A stretch of DNA of 38,044 nt from an uncultured Planctomycetales bacterium (GCA_964508075.1 CAZDTB010000001.1:1-38044); one strand, 5' to 3'. Shown: positions 26,774-34,928, counted from the first letter of the stretch. Program-made: numbers and translations. The notes: generated from the letters alone by a model not told the origin.

Positions 26774-26821
26774 GACGAAGACCCGTAGGATCGGTTCAAA
26801 TGAGTGCCACTCACCCCGATT
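26774..26821 (+). repeat. degenerate copy of the tRNA-Pro 3' half (att-like remnant)
   Basis: GACGaAGA (26774-26781), GGTTCAAAT (26793-26801) and TCACCCCGATT (26811-26821) match tRNA positions 26191-26198, 26206-26214 and 26219-26229 in the same order. The T-stem 3' strand is replaced. Confidence 0.5.
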
Positions 26822-26943
26822 CGAAGTTACGAGAGACGCCCGACTTGCAGCAGACGCGAGCCGGCCATGTTCGTTTGGCGTCCCCCTTTTCGGCGAGGTT
26901 CCCCCTTTATAGCAGCAGACGGTCCGTCGCGTAGAATGCAGGC

Positions 26944-28431
26944 ATGGCTCTGCGATCGAAAACACGAAGAGCGCTGAAGTGGGCTGCCTTGACCGGCAGT
27001 ATCCTGATTCCGTGCCTGATTGTGGGTAGCTATTGGTCAGTGCTAAACGTCGAGATTCACGCCAGCAACAGCTACGAGCTTGGCGTTGGAGCAGGCCGCT
27101 TGTACGTCGCACGTCTCCATCCGACCTTCATTCGTCCGGCTCGCCCCAGTGGGTGGGGGATTAGGCGAGGTGAGGATCATTACGACTATCGTCCATGGCA
27201 GGCTCGCTTCTTCGTGGATGTGCCCCTTTGGCCCGCTTGGGTGTTGCTCGTTCCTATCACCGTGATCATGTTTCGCCGGGACCGTCCTCCGCCGGTCCAT
27301 CTCTGCTCGAATTGCGGCTACAACCTCACCGGCAACGTGACTGGCCGTTGTCCGGAATGTGGGGAGATCGTGTCGTCGAAGAGCATCACTCGGAACGGCG
27401 ATCGATGTGTAGAGCCTGATCACCGAGGGAGTGTCCGCCACGATCGCTGGGTGTGGGTGGCCATCGTCGTGCCGGTTGCGATAGTGGCGTTGCTATTCCT
27501 CGCAAGCCTCTTGCTGCGACAGTGGCACCTGAGTTACGTGGTCAACGTGGTCGAAACACACGGCCAGCCAGCGGTGAATGGCATCTATGCCTACCGAAAA
27601 GCGACTGGTGAGTGGCCGGAGGACGTATACGAACTTGTGCCCGAGTACATCGACGAGTTGACCGGGCATCATGTATTCGACTTCTGGGAGTCTGACTCCG
27701 GCCCGCTGCTCAGCATCAAAGTCGGCATGGAGTCCTATGTCTACTACACGTTTGACCCACAGAGCGAGGATTTCGGGTGGACCTACGGCGACGTGCGACT
27801 CGATGTGCCAGCGCCGGCCACGAATCGGAGAATCACGCAGCCGCCTGTCGATCAAGGAGTCCGAATCGAGGCCTTGATTGAGCATTTGGCAATCTCTGAT
27901 GAGCCCGCGACAACCCTCCCCGTGTACACACCGTCACGAGACACGCCGAGGACGGACAAGCGAGTCGTGGCGTACGAAGCCGCCGAGGAGTTGAAGAGCT
28001 TCGGCAAGGCGGCGTTTCCCTGTTTGCTGAAACACCTGGACGATCGACGGCAGTCTGTCGCGTTTCGACGTGTCCTGCCGTCAACGGTAGGCGATGCGTG
28101 CTTCTGTATCATCCAGGAGCAGGTTGTCCCACTTCCAGACGATTACCCCGGCAGTTTCTACAGAACAGGAGCCAACGGAGACTACTGTGAGCGACCGGTT
28201 TTCTTCAGACCGGGGCCGTTCGACGAGAACACGATCCGATCTTGGTTGGAGGAACGAAACCTCAAGTCCTTGGTCGAGATGCAGGTCGAGGGCCTCGAAT
28301 GGCTGATCGCTGAAGAGAAGCGGATCGGCTTCAGAAGCGATCAGGACCGGGAAGCGTACCTCACGCCGCTTGAAAGACAACTTGAAGAGCTCAAGTCGAG
28401 GCTCCTGGAAGCACCGGACGTTCGGCCCTGA
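26944..28431 (+). CDS. hypothetical membrane protein with CxxCGY-x11-CPECG zinc ribbon
   Basis: 495-aa ORF with 3 predicted TM helices. The cytoplasmic motif CSNCGYNLTGNVTGRCPECG (nt 27304-27363) recurs in many planctomycete hypothetical proteins. The C-terminal 300 aa are helical with no family recognised. Confidence 0.7.
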   Translation: MALRSKTRRALKWAALTGSILIPCLIVGSYWSVLNVEIHASNSYELGVGAGRLYVARLHPTFIRPARPSGWGIRRGEDHYDYRPWQARFFVDVPLWPAWVLLVPITVIMFRRDRPPPVHLCSNCGYNLTGNVTGRCPECGEIVSSKSITRNGDRCVEPDHRGSVRHDRWVWVAIVVPVAIVALLFLASLLLRQWHLSYVVNVVETHGQPAVNGIYAYRKATGEWPEDVYELVPEYIDELTGHHVFDFWESDSGPLLSIKVGMESYVYYTFDPQSEDFGWTYGDVRLDVPAPATNRRITQPPVDQGVRIEALIEHLAISDEPATTLPVYTPSRDTPRTDKRVVAYEAAEELKSFGKAAFPCLLKHLDDRRQSVAFRRVLPSTVGDACFCIIQEQVVPLPDDYPGSFYRTGANGDYCERPVFFRPGPFDENTIRSWLEERNLKSLVEMQVEGLEWLIAEEKRIGFRSDQDREAYLTPLERQLEELKSRLLEAPDVRP

Positions 28432-28523
28432 CAACGAGATCTGCGAGGACACCATCGCTCATACATTGGCGATGAAGGGACGGTACACGTCCGATGCGCG
28501 TAAGCCCTTTGGCCCCAGGCATC

Positions 28524-28831
28524 CTACCCGGCTGCTGCTTGGTGGAGCTTAATCGTCTTCGCCGCCGACACCGCCCGGTTATCCCTGACCTCGTAGTAGA
28601 AGCGGGCGGCGGCTTAGTCGCTGTGGCCCAGCAGCTTCGACAACACGTCGCGGGGGACCTGTTCGCTGACAGTCTGTGCGAATGTGTGACGTAGCCGATA
28701 GGGTGTCAACCCGTTGCCCTTGCCGAGGACCTTCTCCGATGCCCGACGGAAGATCGAACGTAACCCGGACACCTTATACAGCTCGCCTGCGGTCAGCTGT
28801 TCAACTGATCTCCTGCTCAGACGGATGCGCG
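28524..28831 (-). pseudogene. tyrosine recombinase (phage-integrase family) C-terminal remnant, 5'-truncated and interrupted by a stop before the catalytic Tyr
   Basis: The reverse strand reads ..LTPYRLRHTFAQTVSEQVPRDVLSKLLGHSD*AAARFYYEVRDNRAV.. It has the HxxR-type box (YRLRHTF) and LGH. An in-frame TAA at 28616-28614 sits 3 codons after the His, and the expected catalytic Tyr (RFYY) lies just beyond it. No N-terminal or core-binding part exists, because the GH38-like gene ends at 28862. Confidence 0.7.
28780..28822. repeat. 43-bp direct repeat, copy 2 (inside the integrase remnant)
   Basis: AGCTCGCCTGCGGTCAGCTGTTCAACTGATCTCCTGCTCAGAC. On the reverse strand it encodes LSRRSVEQLTAGEL of the remnant. 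Confidence 0.9.
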
Positions 28832-28861
28832 AGGCCGGACGGAAGGCCGAGCAGTTTCCTC

Positions 28862-31800
28862 TCAAAACTCCACGATCACGGTTGCCAATCCACGTGGCGG
28901 TAGCACCAGCCGAACGCTGCGACCACGGGTCGTGATGAGGCGTGCGTTGCTGCCGTACAGGTCGGTGATCAGCGCACGCCGCGGCTTCAATTCGTCGAAG
29001 CGTAGTACGGCTCGGGTGCGGCAGCCTGAGATTTCCTGAAGCCGGAACAGGCACGCGTTATCGTCATCTGCCCGACCGACGCTCAGCAACATCACGTTCT
29101 TGGGCTCAACCTGGACAAACGAACCTCGGGGCGGGCGCGGCGACGACCGCCCTCCAGCCTGCAACGGGGTCTCCGGGAGGAACTTCGCCCGCAGTGGGTT
29201 CGCCACCTCGTAGGCGAAACGGCAACTGGCCGCCAGGTCGTGCGATCGCAACCGCCCGCTGGTGAGGCTGAATCGGAAGGTGTGCCCACCGGGCTGGCTG
29301 GCCGGGAAGTTGGTGTGCCAGTAGTTGTTCAGCAGCCAGCCGACGACCGTCCCGTTGAAGCGCGGCAGTTGCTCGCGGAACTGAAACGTTGAGATTTCGT
29401 TCAGTTGCACCAACGGCGTGTCACGGGGGACAAGCGTAGTGGCTGCGTGACCGGCCTCGACCCGGACGAAGTTCTGCACCGTGTAGAAGTCGTAGCAGGT
29501 CGTGGGGATCTGATCGACGCCGGGTTCCATCGCCGCTCCAGGGACTTCCAGCCAGGTTCTGGGCTTGCCACCGGAAAAGGGGAACGCCACGTAGGCCGCC
29601 TGCGGGTCCGGATGTTCGTGGAGGCTCAGGCACCAGATGAAGTCAATTCGTTTCTCGCGCTCGTACAACCGAATTGTCGTGGTCAGTCCCGCCAGTCCGT
29701 GGCAGGTTCCGTCGAACGTGATCTGCTGAAAGCAGCCCGGCAGCTCCGCCCGTCGAAACGCCCGCGCAGTCGCAGCAGAGCGTTTGAATGCGCGCCGGCT
29801 AAAGCGCTTCCTCCGATCACTGCGGTTGGCCCAGTCTCTGGCCTCGGGTGCGGGGAGCTGTTCCTGGATGATCCGCCCGAACGGCAGCTCCCTGTCGCCG
29901 CGGACCAGATTCCGTCGCAGTTGCTTGTCGTAGATTTCCCGGATCCGGCCGGTTCGAGCCTCGGCCCGCACGCGGTAGTAACGGTTTTCCACCACGCTCT
30001 GAGCACCTTTGACCCGTACCCATTCCAAGACCTTCGGTTTGCGGTTCCGAGTGACACGCAGGACCTTGTATCCGGTAGCGGGTACGTTCTTGAGTTGGAT
30101 TCCCAGTTCCAGAAACGTGCCCTGCCGCTGCTCGCGCCAGTAAGGAACGGCGCGGCCCGTCTCCGCGTCCGCGAGGTTCTCAACGCAGTAGCCGGGCAGC
30201 GGCCACTGGATGCCGTTCAGTTCAGCCACGCCGCTGCGGGCCCAGGCGAGTGGGTTGTGGACGACGACACAAGCTGAATTCGGGAGCGTTGTTCGCCCGA
30301 TCCGTTCGAGGGCCGCGTGCAATGCCGACTCCGACTCGAGACGCGCGCGATAGAAATGGTCGCGCTTGTATTGCCACTGGATCTTCGCAGAGTCGCTCTG
30401 CGGGGCGGCGACACTTGAAGCCGACCCCCAGGTGTGCTCGCCCGCCAGTTCGGCCGCGTCGTACGCCCGTTCGATTTCTGCGGCGGGCGGCTGCCAGGAG
30501 CAGTCGGTCGCACGGACGTACGACGATGCGATCCCGGCCGCGCTCAACAGGTGTTGCGTTTCGCGGGCGTAGCGAACCTCGTCGGCGGCGCTGCCGAGGC
30601 CGTGTGCCCAGTAGTCTGGCCAGTGACCGCGATAGACCGGAACGCCATCGGGCAGCACTTGGCGGAGCTGCCGGAACCACGGGCTCAGCGTGTCGAGTCG
30701 CATCGTCGGATTGACGAAGCGTGCGTTCCAGTCGCGGACGGTGAGGCTTGGGCCGACCGTGGGCGGCGCACAGTCCAGTTTGGCTCCGGACATCAGTAAC
30801 AAGACATGATCGTAGGCGTACCGCTTTTTTGCGAGATCGGTGAGATAGCCTGCGACGCCACCCATGCAGTCGTCCACGCCTCGCTCGATGCCAAACCGGT
30901 TCCCGAGCAGATAGATGTCGCCGTGCCAGACCAGCACGCGCTTGCCCTCCGGCGATTCCCACCAGAAGGGCATCGGCCGCTCGAGCGGGCGGCGGGCCAT
31001 GTCGGCGTTGATCGCCATCGAGAGGTTGCGGACCCCGAGGTCGTGCAGAGCGGCCGGATAGATCCACGGCAACCCATTGATGTCACAGGCCATGCTGCTG
31101 TCGACCGGAATACGATGGCGGCGCGCGAAATCGTGTATGAATCGAAAGGACCGTACCACCTGGTCGGTGCTGGGAAGGTCCGTCATTTGCAGAAAGCCGG
31201 CCGTGGCTTCGATCGAACCCCGGCGCAGATGGCCGATCAGCGCCCGGAACTGCTGCCGCGACGCGAAGCGCTGGAAGTTCCGCAGGTGGTAGGCCGTCTC
31301 GATCGTCCAGCGGAAGCGGGCCGGCTCGGGAAACGATCTCGTCTGCTCGACGAGGGCCATCGCCTCGAGCATGAACTTGAAAAAACTCCGGTTGACGTTG
31401 GGTTGATAGTCCACATAGCCGACATCCGTGTGCGTGTGATTGACGAGATGAATCGTCCAGTTGCGCGGCGGTGCGACGCGCGCGCGCAGCACCCGACTGT
31501 CAAGCGCCACACGGAGCCAGCGGGGTGTATCGACAACCGAAAAGCCGAGCCAGTTATCACTCTGACCAGGGGGGATTCTGATGTGCCGTGACTCGGTGTG
31601 GGTCCCGATGCGGTAGTCCACGACGACAGTACGTGGGCCGGCTGAGTTATGGATTCTCAGGAGGGCAAGTTGCCGTCCGTCGCGTTGGACGAGATCCGTG
31701 GCGGCGAGCTCGATCTTCAGTGACACGTGTGGCTCCAGCAATGCAAACCTCAGAGGGCGACACCGCACCCGGCTTTTTACACGCGAATGGCGGCCGGCCG

Positions 31801-31885
31801 CAATCGGCGCGCACAGTATTCCGCCCCGCCGCGCACTTGACACGGGCAGCAACGAACCTAACGTGGCCGTTTGCCGTCGCCGCAC
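28862..31885 (-). CDS. glycoside hydrolase family 38-like protein (alpha-mannosidase type)
   Basis: Long ORF with the metal-binding opening IHLVNHTHTDVGY (HxHxD of the GH38 N-domain) and ..MACDINGLPW.., ..FWWESPEGKRVLVWH.. further on. The true start is uncertain. The first 50 codons look non-coding, and the GTG at 31726 (VSLKIELAATDL..) is a candidate. Confidence 0.6.
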   Translation of the reverse strand: MRRRQTATLGSLLPVSSARRGGILCAPIAAGRHSRVKSRVRCRPLRFALLEPHVSLKIELAATDLVQRDGRQLALLRIHNSAGPRTVVVDYRIGTHTESRHIRIPPGQSDNWLGFSVVDTPRWLRVALDSRVLRARVAPPRNWTIHLVNHTHTDVGYVDYQPNVNRSFFKFMLEAMALVEQTRSFPEPARFRWTIETAYHLRNFQRFASRQQFRALIGHLRRGSIEATAGFLQMTDLPSTDQVVRSFRFIHDFARRHRIPVDSSMACDINGLPWIYPAALHDLGVRNLSMAINADMARRPLERPMPFWWESPEGKRVLVWHGDIYLLGNRFGIERGVDDCMGGVAGYLTDLAKKRYAYDHVLLLMSGAKLDCAPPTVGPSLTVRDWNARFVNPTMRLDTLSPWFRQLRQVLPDGVPVYRGHWPDYWAHGLGSAADEVRYARETQHLLSAAGIASSYVRATDCSWQPPAAEIERAYDAAELAGEHTWGSASSVAAPQSDSAKIQWQYKRDHFYRARLESESALHAALERIGRTTLPNSACVVVHNPLAWARSGVAELNGIQWPLPGYCVENLADAETGRAVPYWREQRQGTFLELGIQLKNVPATGYKVLRVTRNRKPKVLEWVRVKGAQSVVENRYYRVRAEARTGRIREIYDKQLRRNLVRGDRELPFGRIIQEQLPAPEARDWANRSDRRKRFSRRAFKRSAATARAFRRAELPGCFQQITFDGTCHGLAGLTTTIRLYEREKRIDFIWCLSLHEHPDPQAAYVAFPFSGGKPRTWLEVPGAAMEPGVDQIPTTCYDFYTVQNFVRVEAGHAATTLVPRDTPLVQLNEISTFQFREQLPRFNGTVVGWLLNNYWHTNFPASQPGGHTFRFSLTSGRLRSHDLAASCRFAYEVANPLRAKFLPETPLQAGGRSSPRPPRGSFVQVEPKNVMLLSVGRADDDNACLFRLQEISGCRTRAVLRFDELKPRRALITDLYGSNARLITTRGRSVRLVLPPRGLATVIVEF

Positions 31886-31949
31886 GGTTCGAAACGACCG
31901 GCGGCAACCGGCAACCTGTTTTGGTCACGCAGGGGACGAGACTCATCCG

Positions 31950-33074
31950 ATGGGATACGCCTACACGCCTGGGCTGAGCGTCGCCGAGCACACAGTCATC
32001 CGCCGCGTGCGGCGACTCCCGCTCAAAGGTCAGGTGCTCGTCCAGGTCGGACAGCGGGTGAAGGCCGAGGAGGTTGTGGCCGAAGCCAACCTGCCGGGCG
32101 ATGTCCGGCCGGTCAACGTGGCGAGCGAGCTCGGAATCGCGCCGGATGAGCTGCCCGACGTCATGCTCAAGAAGGAAGCCGACGCAGTCGCCCAAGATGA
32201 GCCGTTCGCGCGGACGCGCGGCCTGTTCGGGCTGTTCAAGAGCGAGTGCCGGGCACCGATCGAGGGGACAATCGAATCGGCCTCCGCGGTGACCGGCCAG
32301 GTCATCATCCGTGGCCGGCCCACGCCGTTGCGAAAACTGGCCTATGTCGCCGGAACGATCGTCGACGTGCAGGACGGCGAATCGGCGACGGTCGAGGCGA
32401 CCGGGACGCTCATTCAAGGCATTTTCGGGCTGGCGGGCGAAGCCGTCGGCACGCTCGAAATCGTGGTGGACTCCCCCGATGCAATCCTCGACGCCGATCG
32501 CGTCAAGCCCGAGCACGCCGGAAAGGTAATCGTCGGCGGCAGCCTGATCACGGCCGATGCCGTCAAGATGGCGATCAAGCACGGCGTGAAGGGCATCGTC
32601 AGTGGCGGCCTGGACGACACTGACGTGCGCGCCGCGCTGGGCTACGAATTGGGTGTGGCAATCACCGGAGAAGAAGACCTGGGCGTGACGGTCATTATCA
32701 CCGAAGGCTTCGGGAAGATCAGCATGGCCGCGGGCACGTTCGAACTGTTGCGCAAGCGCGCCGGCTCGCTGGCCAGCATCAACGGTGCCACGCAGATCAG
32801 GGCCGGCGTCATCCGGCCCGAGATCGTCATCCCCGCGGACGGCAAGCATTCGACACCAGATACCCGCGGCGACGAGGGCGGCGTTCTACAGATCGGCACG
32901 CGCCTGCGGGCGATTCGTGAGCCGTACTTCGGGCGTCTCGGGCGGTGCATTGCGTTGCCGCCGGGGCTCACCATGCTCTCGACCGAGGCCGAGGTCCGTG
33001 TTCTCGAAGTCGAGTTTGATGACGGGCAGCGCGCCATCCTGCCGCGCGCGAACGTCGAGCTGATTAACACGTAG
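31950..33074 (+). CDS. uncharacterised protein: barrel-sandwich-hybrid-like N-terminus, Gly-rich alpha/beta centre, KOW-like C-terminus
   Basis: The ATG at 31950 (MGYAYTPGLSV..) lies inside track ORF 31698..33074. Motifs: GQVLVQVGQRVKAEEVVAE and RAPIEGTIESASAVTGQVIIRG, KVIVGGSLITADAVKMAIKHGVKGIVSGGLDD, IGTRLRAIREPYFGRLGRCIAL..RANVELI. Domain labels are pattern-based and not searched. Confidence 0.55.
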   Translation: MGYAYTPGLSVAEHTVIRRVRRLPLKGQVLVQVGQRVKAEEVVAEANLPGDVRPVNVASELGIAPDELPDVMLKKEADAVAQDEPFARTRGLFGLFKSECRAPIEGTIESASAVTGQVIIRGRPTPLRKLAYVAGTIVDVQDGESATVEATGTLIQGIFGLAGEAVGTLEIVVDSPDAILDADRVKPEHAGKVIVGGSLITADAVKMAIKHGVKGIVSGGLDDTDVRAALGYELGVAITGEEDLGVTVIITEGFGKISMAAGTFELLRKRAGSLASINGATQIRAGVIRPEIVIPADGKHSTPDTRGDEGGVLQIGTRLRAIREPYFGRLGRCIALPPGLTMLSTEAEVRVLEVEFDDGQRAILPRANVELINT

Positions 33075-33089
33075 TCGAGATGAAAGCGG

Positions 33090-34928
33090 GTGGCCGATCC
33101 GATGGCTGACACCAGCGACATCCGGACCATCCTGGCGACCGACTGCGGGTCGACCACCACCAAGGCCATTCTGATCGAAAAGAAGGACCAGGAGTACCGT
33201 CTCATTGCGCGCGGGGAAGCTCCGACCACCGTCGAAGCACCGGCCGAAGACGTGACGCGCGGCGTCATCAACGCGGTGGGGGAGATCGAGGATTTGACGG
33301 GCCGGAAGTTCATCCGCGGCGACACCATCAAGCACCCACGCGAGGGTGACAGCGGGTGCGACGCGTACGTTGGCACGAGCAGTGCCGGCGGCGGGCTACA
33401 GATGATGGTCGCCGGCGCGGTCAGGAAGATGACCGCCGAGAGTGCCGAGCGCGCCGCGCTAGGGGCCGGTGCGATCGTGATGGATGCCTTGGCCGTGGAC
33501 GATCGACGACTGCCGCACCAGCGGATCGAACGCATTCGCAGCAAGCGGCCCGACATGGTCCTGCTCTCAGGGGGGACGGACGGCGGCACCAAGACGCACC
33601 CCGTCGAAATGGCGCAGATTGTCGCCGCCGCCGACGCCCAGCCGCGCTTCGGAGCCGGCTTCAAGCTCCCGGTAATCTACGCCGGCAACGTCGAGGTCCA
33701 GGACGAGATCAAGCGCATCCTGGGTCAGCGTACGGCGTTGTACGTCACCGAGAACATCCGTCCGACACTCGAGGCGGAGAACCTGGGTCCGGCTCGCGAC
33801 CGGATCCACGACCTGTTTCTCGAGCACGTCATGGCTCAGGCCCCCGGCTACGGCAAACTAATGCGCTGGACCACCGTGCCGCTCATGCCGACCCCCGCTG
33901 CGGTGGGCCTGATTATGCAGTTGATCGCCGAGCGCGAGGGGATCCAGGTGGTCGGCGTGGACATCGGCGGTGCGACCACCGACGTGTTCAGCGTCTTTCG
34001 CGGCGACCGAGACAATCCGAACAGTGAGACCGTATTCAACCGCACGGTCAGCGCGAACCTCGGCATGAGCTACAGCATCTTCAACGTTGTCGCCGAGGCC
34101 GGATTCGACAACGTGATCCGCTGGGTACCGCTGGAGCTCGACGAGCGCGACATCCGCAACCGCCTGCGCAACAAGATGATCCGCCCGACGACCATCCCAC
34201 AGACGCTTGACGAGCTGATGATCGAGCAAGCCCTCTGCCGCGAGGCGCTGCGCCTGGCCTTCATCCAGCACCGGGCGATGGCGGTGGGGCTCAAGGGCGT
34301 GCAGCAGCAGCGCACCATCGCCGACCTGTTCACCCAGGCGGCCGGCGGCGAGACGCTGGTCGACCTGCTGGGACTCGACATGATCGTGGGCTCGGGCGGC
34401 GTACTGTCGCACGCGCCCCGGCGGAGCCAGGCGGCGCTGATGATGGTCGACGCCTTCCAGCCCGAGGGCTTCACCGAGCTGGCGGTCGATTCGATCTTCA
34501 TGATGCCGCAGCTCGGCGTGCTCAGCACGGTCAACGAGCGGGCGGCGCTCGAGGTCTTCAACCGGGATTGCCTGATTCGGCTTGGCTCCTGCATCGCCCC
34601 GCGCGGCACCGGGAAAGAAGGGCGGACGTGCATGAATGTGCAAGTGCGGGCCGACGGCCGCTCCGAGAACCACGAGCTCATGTACGGCCAGATAAGGGTT
34701 GTCCCGCTGAAACCCGGCACCAGAGCCACTGTCACCGCCACACCGGCCAAGGGGTTCGACCTCGGCGCAGGCCCGCGCCAGCCGGTGTCGCGCGAAGTTG
34801 CTGGCGGCGTAGTTGGCCTGATCCTGGACGCCCGCGGCCGTCCTTTCGCACCCCCGCAGGAGCGCGTAGCCAGGGTAACGAAGCTGACGGAGTGGAACGA
34901 AGCCCTGGATATCTACCCGGCGCTCTGA
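33090..34928 (+). CDS. GlmL/MutL-like (PF13941) ASKHA-fold ATPase, long form
   Basis: The N-terminus ILATDCGSTTTKAILIEK..GEAPTTVE.. resembles clostridial GlmL (..CIDFGSTYTKA..APTTVE.. from memory). A second phosphate motif is VVGVDIGGATTDVFS, and ..VGSGGVLSHAP.. is also present. There is a ~150-aa C-terminal extension. Start is GTG 33090 or ATG 33102. Confidence 0.7.
   Translation: MADPMADTSDIRTILATDCGSTTTKAILIEKKDQEYRLIARGEAPTTVEAPAEDVTRGVINAVGEIEDLTGRKFIRGDTIKHPREGDSGCDAYVGTSSAGGGLQMMVAGAVRKMTAESAERAALGAGAIVMDALAVDDRRLPHQRIERIRSKRPDMVLLSGGTDGGTKTHPVEMAQIVAAADAQPRFGAGFKLPVIYAGNVEVQDEIKRILGQRTALYVTENIRPTLEAENLGPARDRIHDLFLEHVMAQAPGYGKLMRWTTVPLMPTPAAVGLIMQLIAEREGIQVVGVDIGGATTDVFSVFRGDRDNPNSETVFNRTVSANLGMSYSIFNVVAEAGFDNVIRWVPLELDERDIRNRLRNKMIRPTTIPQTLDELMIEQALCREALRLAFIQHRAMAVGLKGVQQQRTIADLFTQAAGGETLVDLLGLDMIVGSGGVLSHAPRRSQAALMMVDAFQPEGFTELAVDSIFMMPQLGVLSTVNERAALEVFNRDCLIRLGSCIAPRGTGKEGRTCMNVQVRADGRSENHELMYGQIRVVPLKPGTRATVTATPAKGFDLGAGPRQPVSREVAGGVVGLILDARGRPFAPPQERVARVTKLTEWNEALDIYPAL

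Larger units (their letters stand above)
26228..28861. mobile_element. decayed integrative islet adjacent to tRNA-Pro (no intact recombinase)
   Basis: Bounded by the tRNA-Pro 3' end and the stop of the GH38-like gene. It contains a tRNA 3'-half-like repeat, 43-bp direct repeats, an integrase pseudogene and two cargo genes. The 26944-28431 gene is visibly less GC-rich than its surroundings (by eye, not computed). Confidence 0.45.

Noticed and set aside
26323-28822. Diversity-generating retroelement hypothesis (Avd-like four-helix-bundle gene plus a repeat pair acting as TR/VR)
   Set aside because: There is no reverse transcriptase ORF in or near the segment. The repeat is only 43 bp, and its single difference is C vs G rather than the adenine-specific pattern of DGR mutagenesis. 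Neither copy lies at the 3' end of a plausible target gene.
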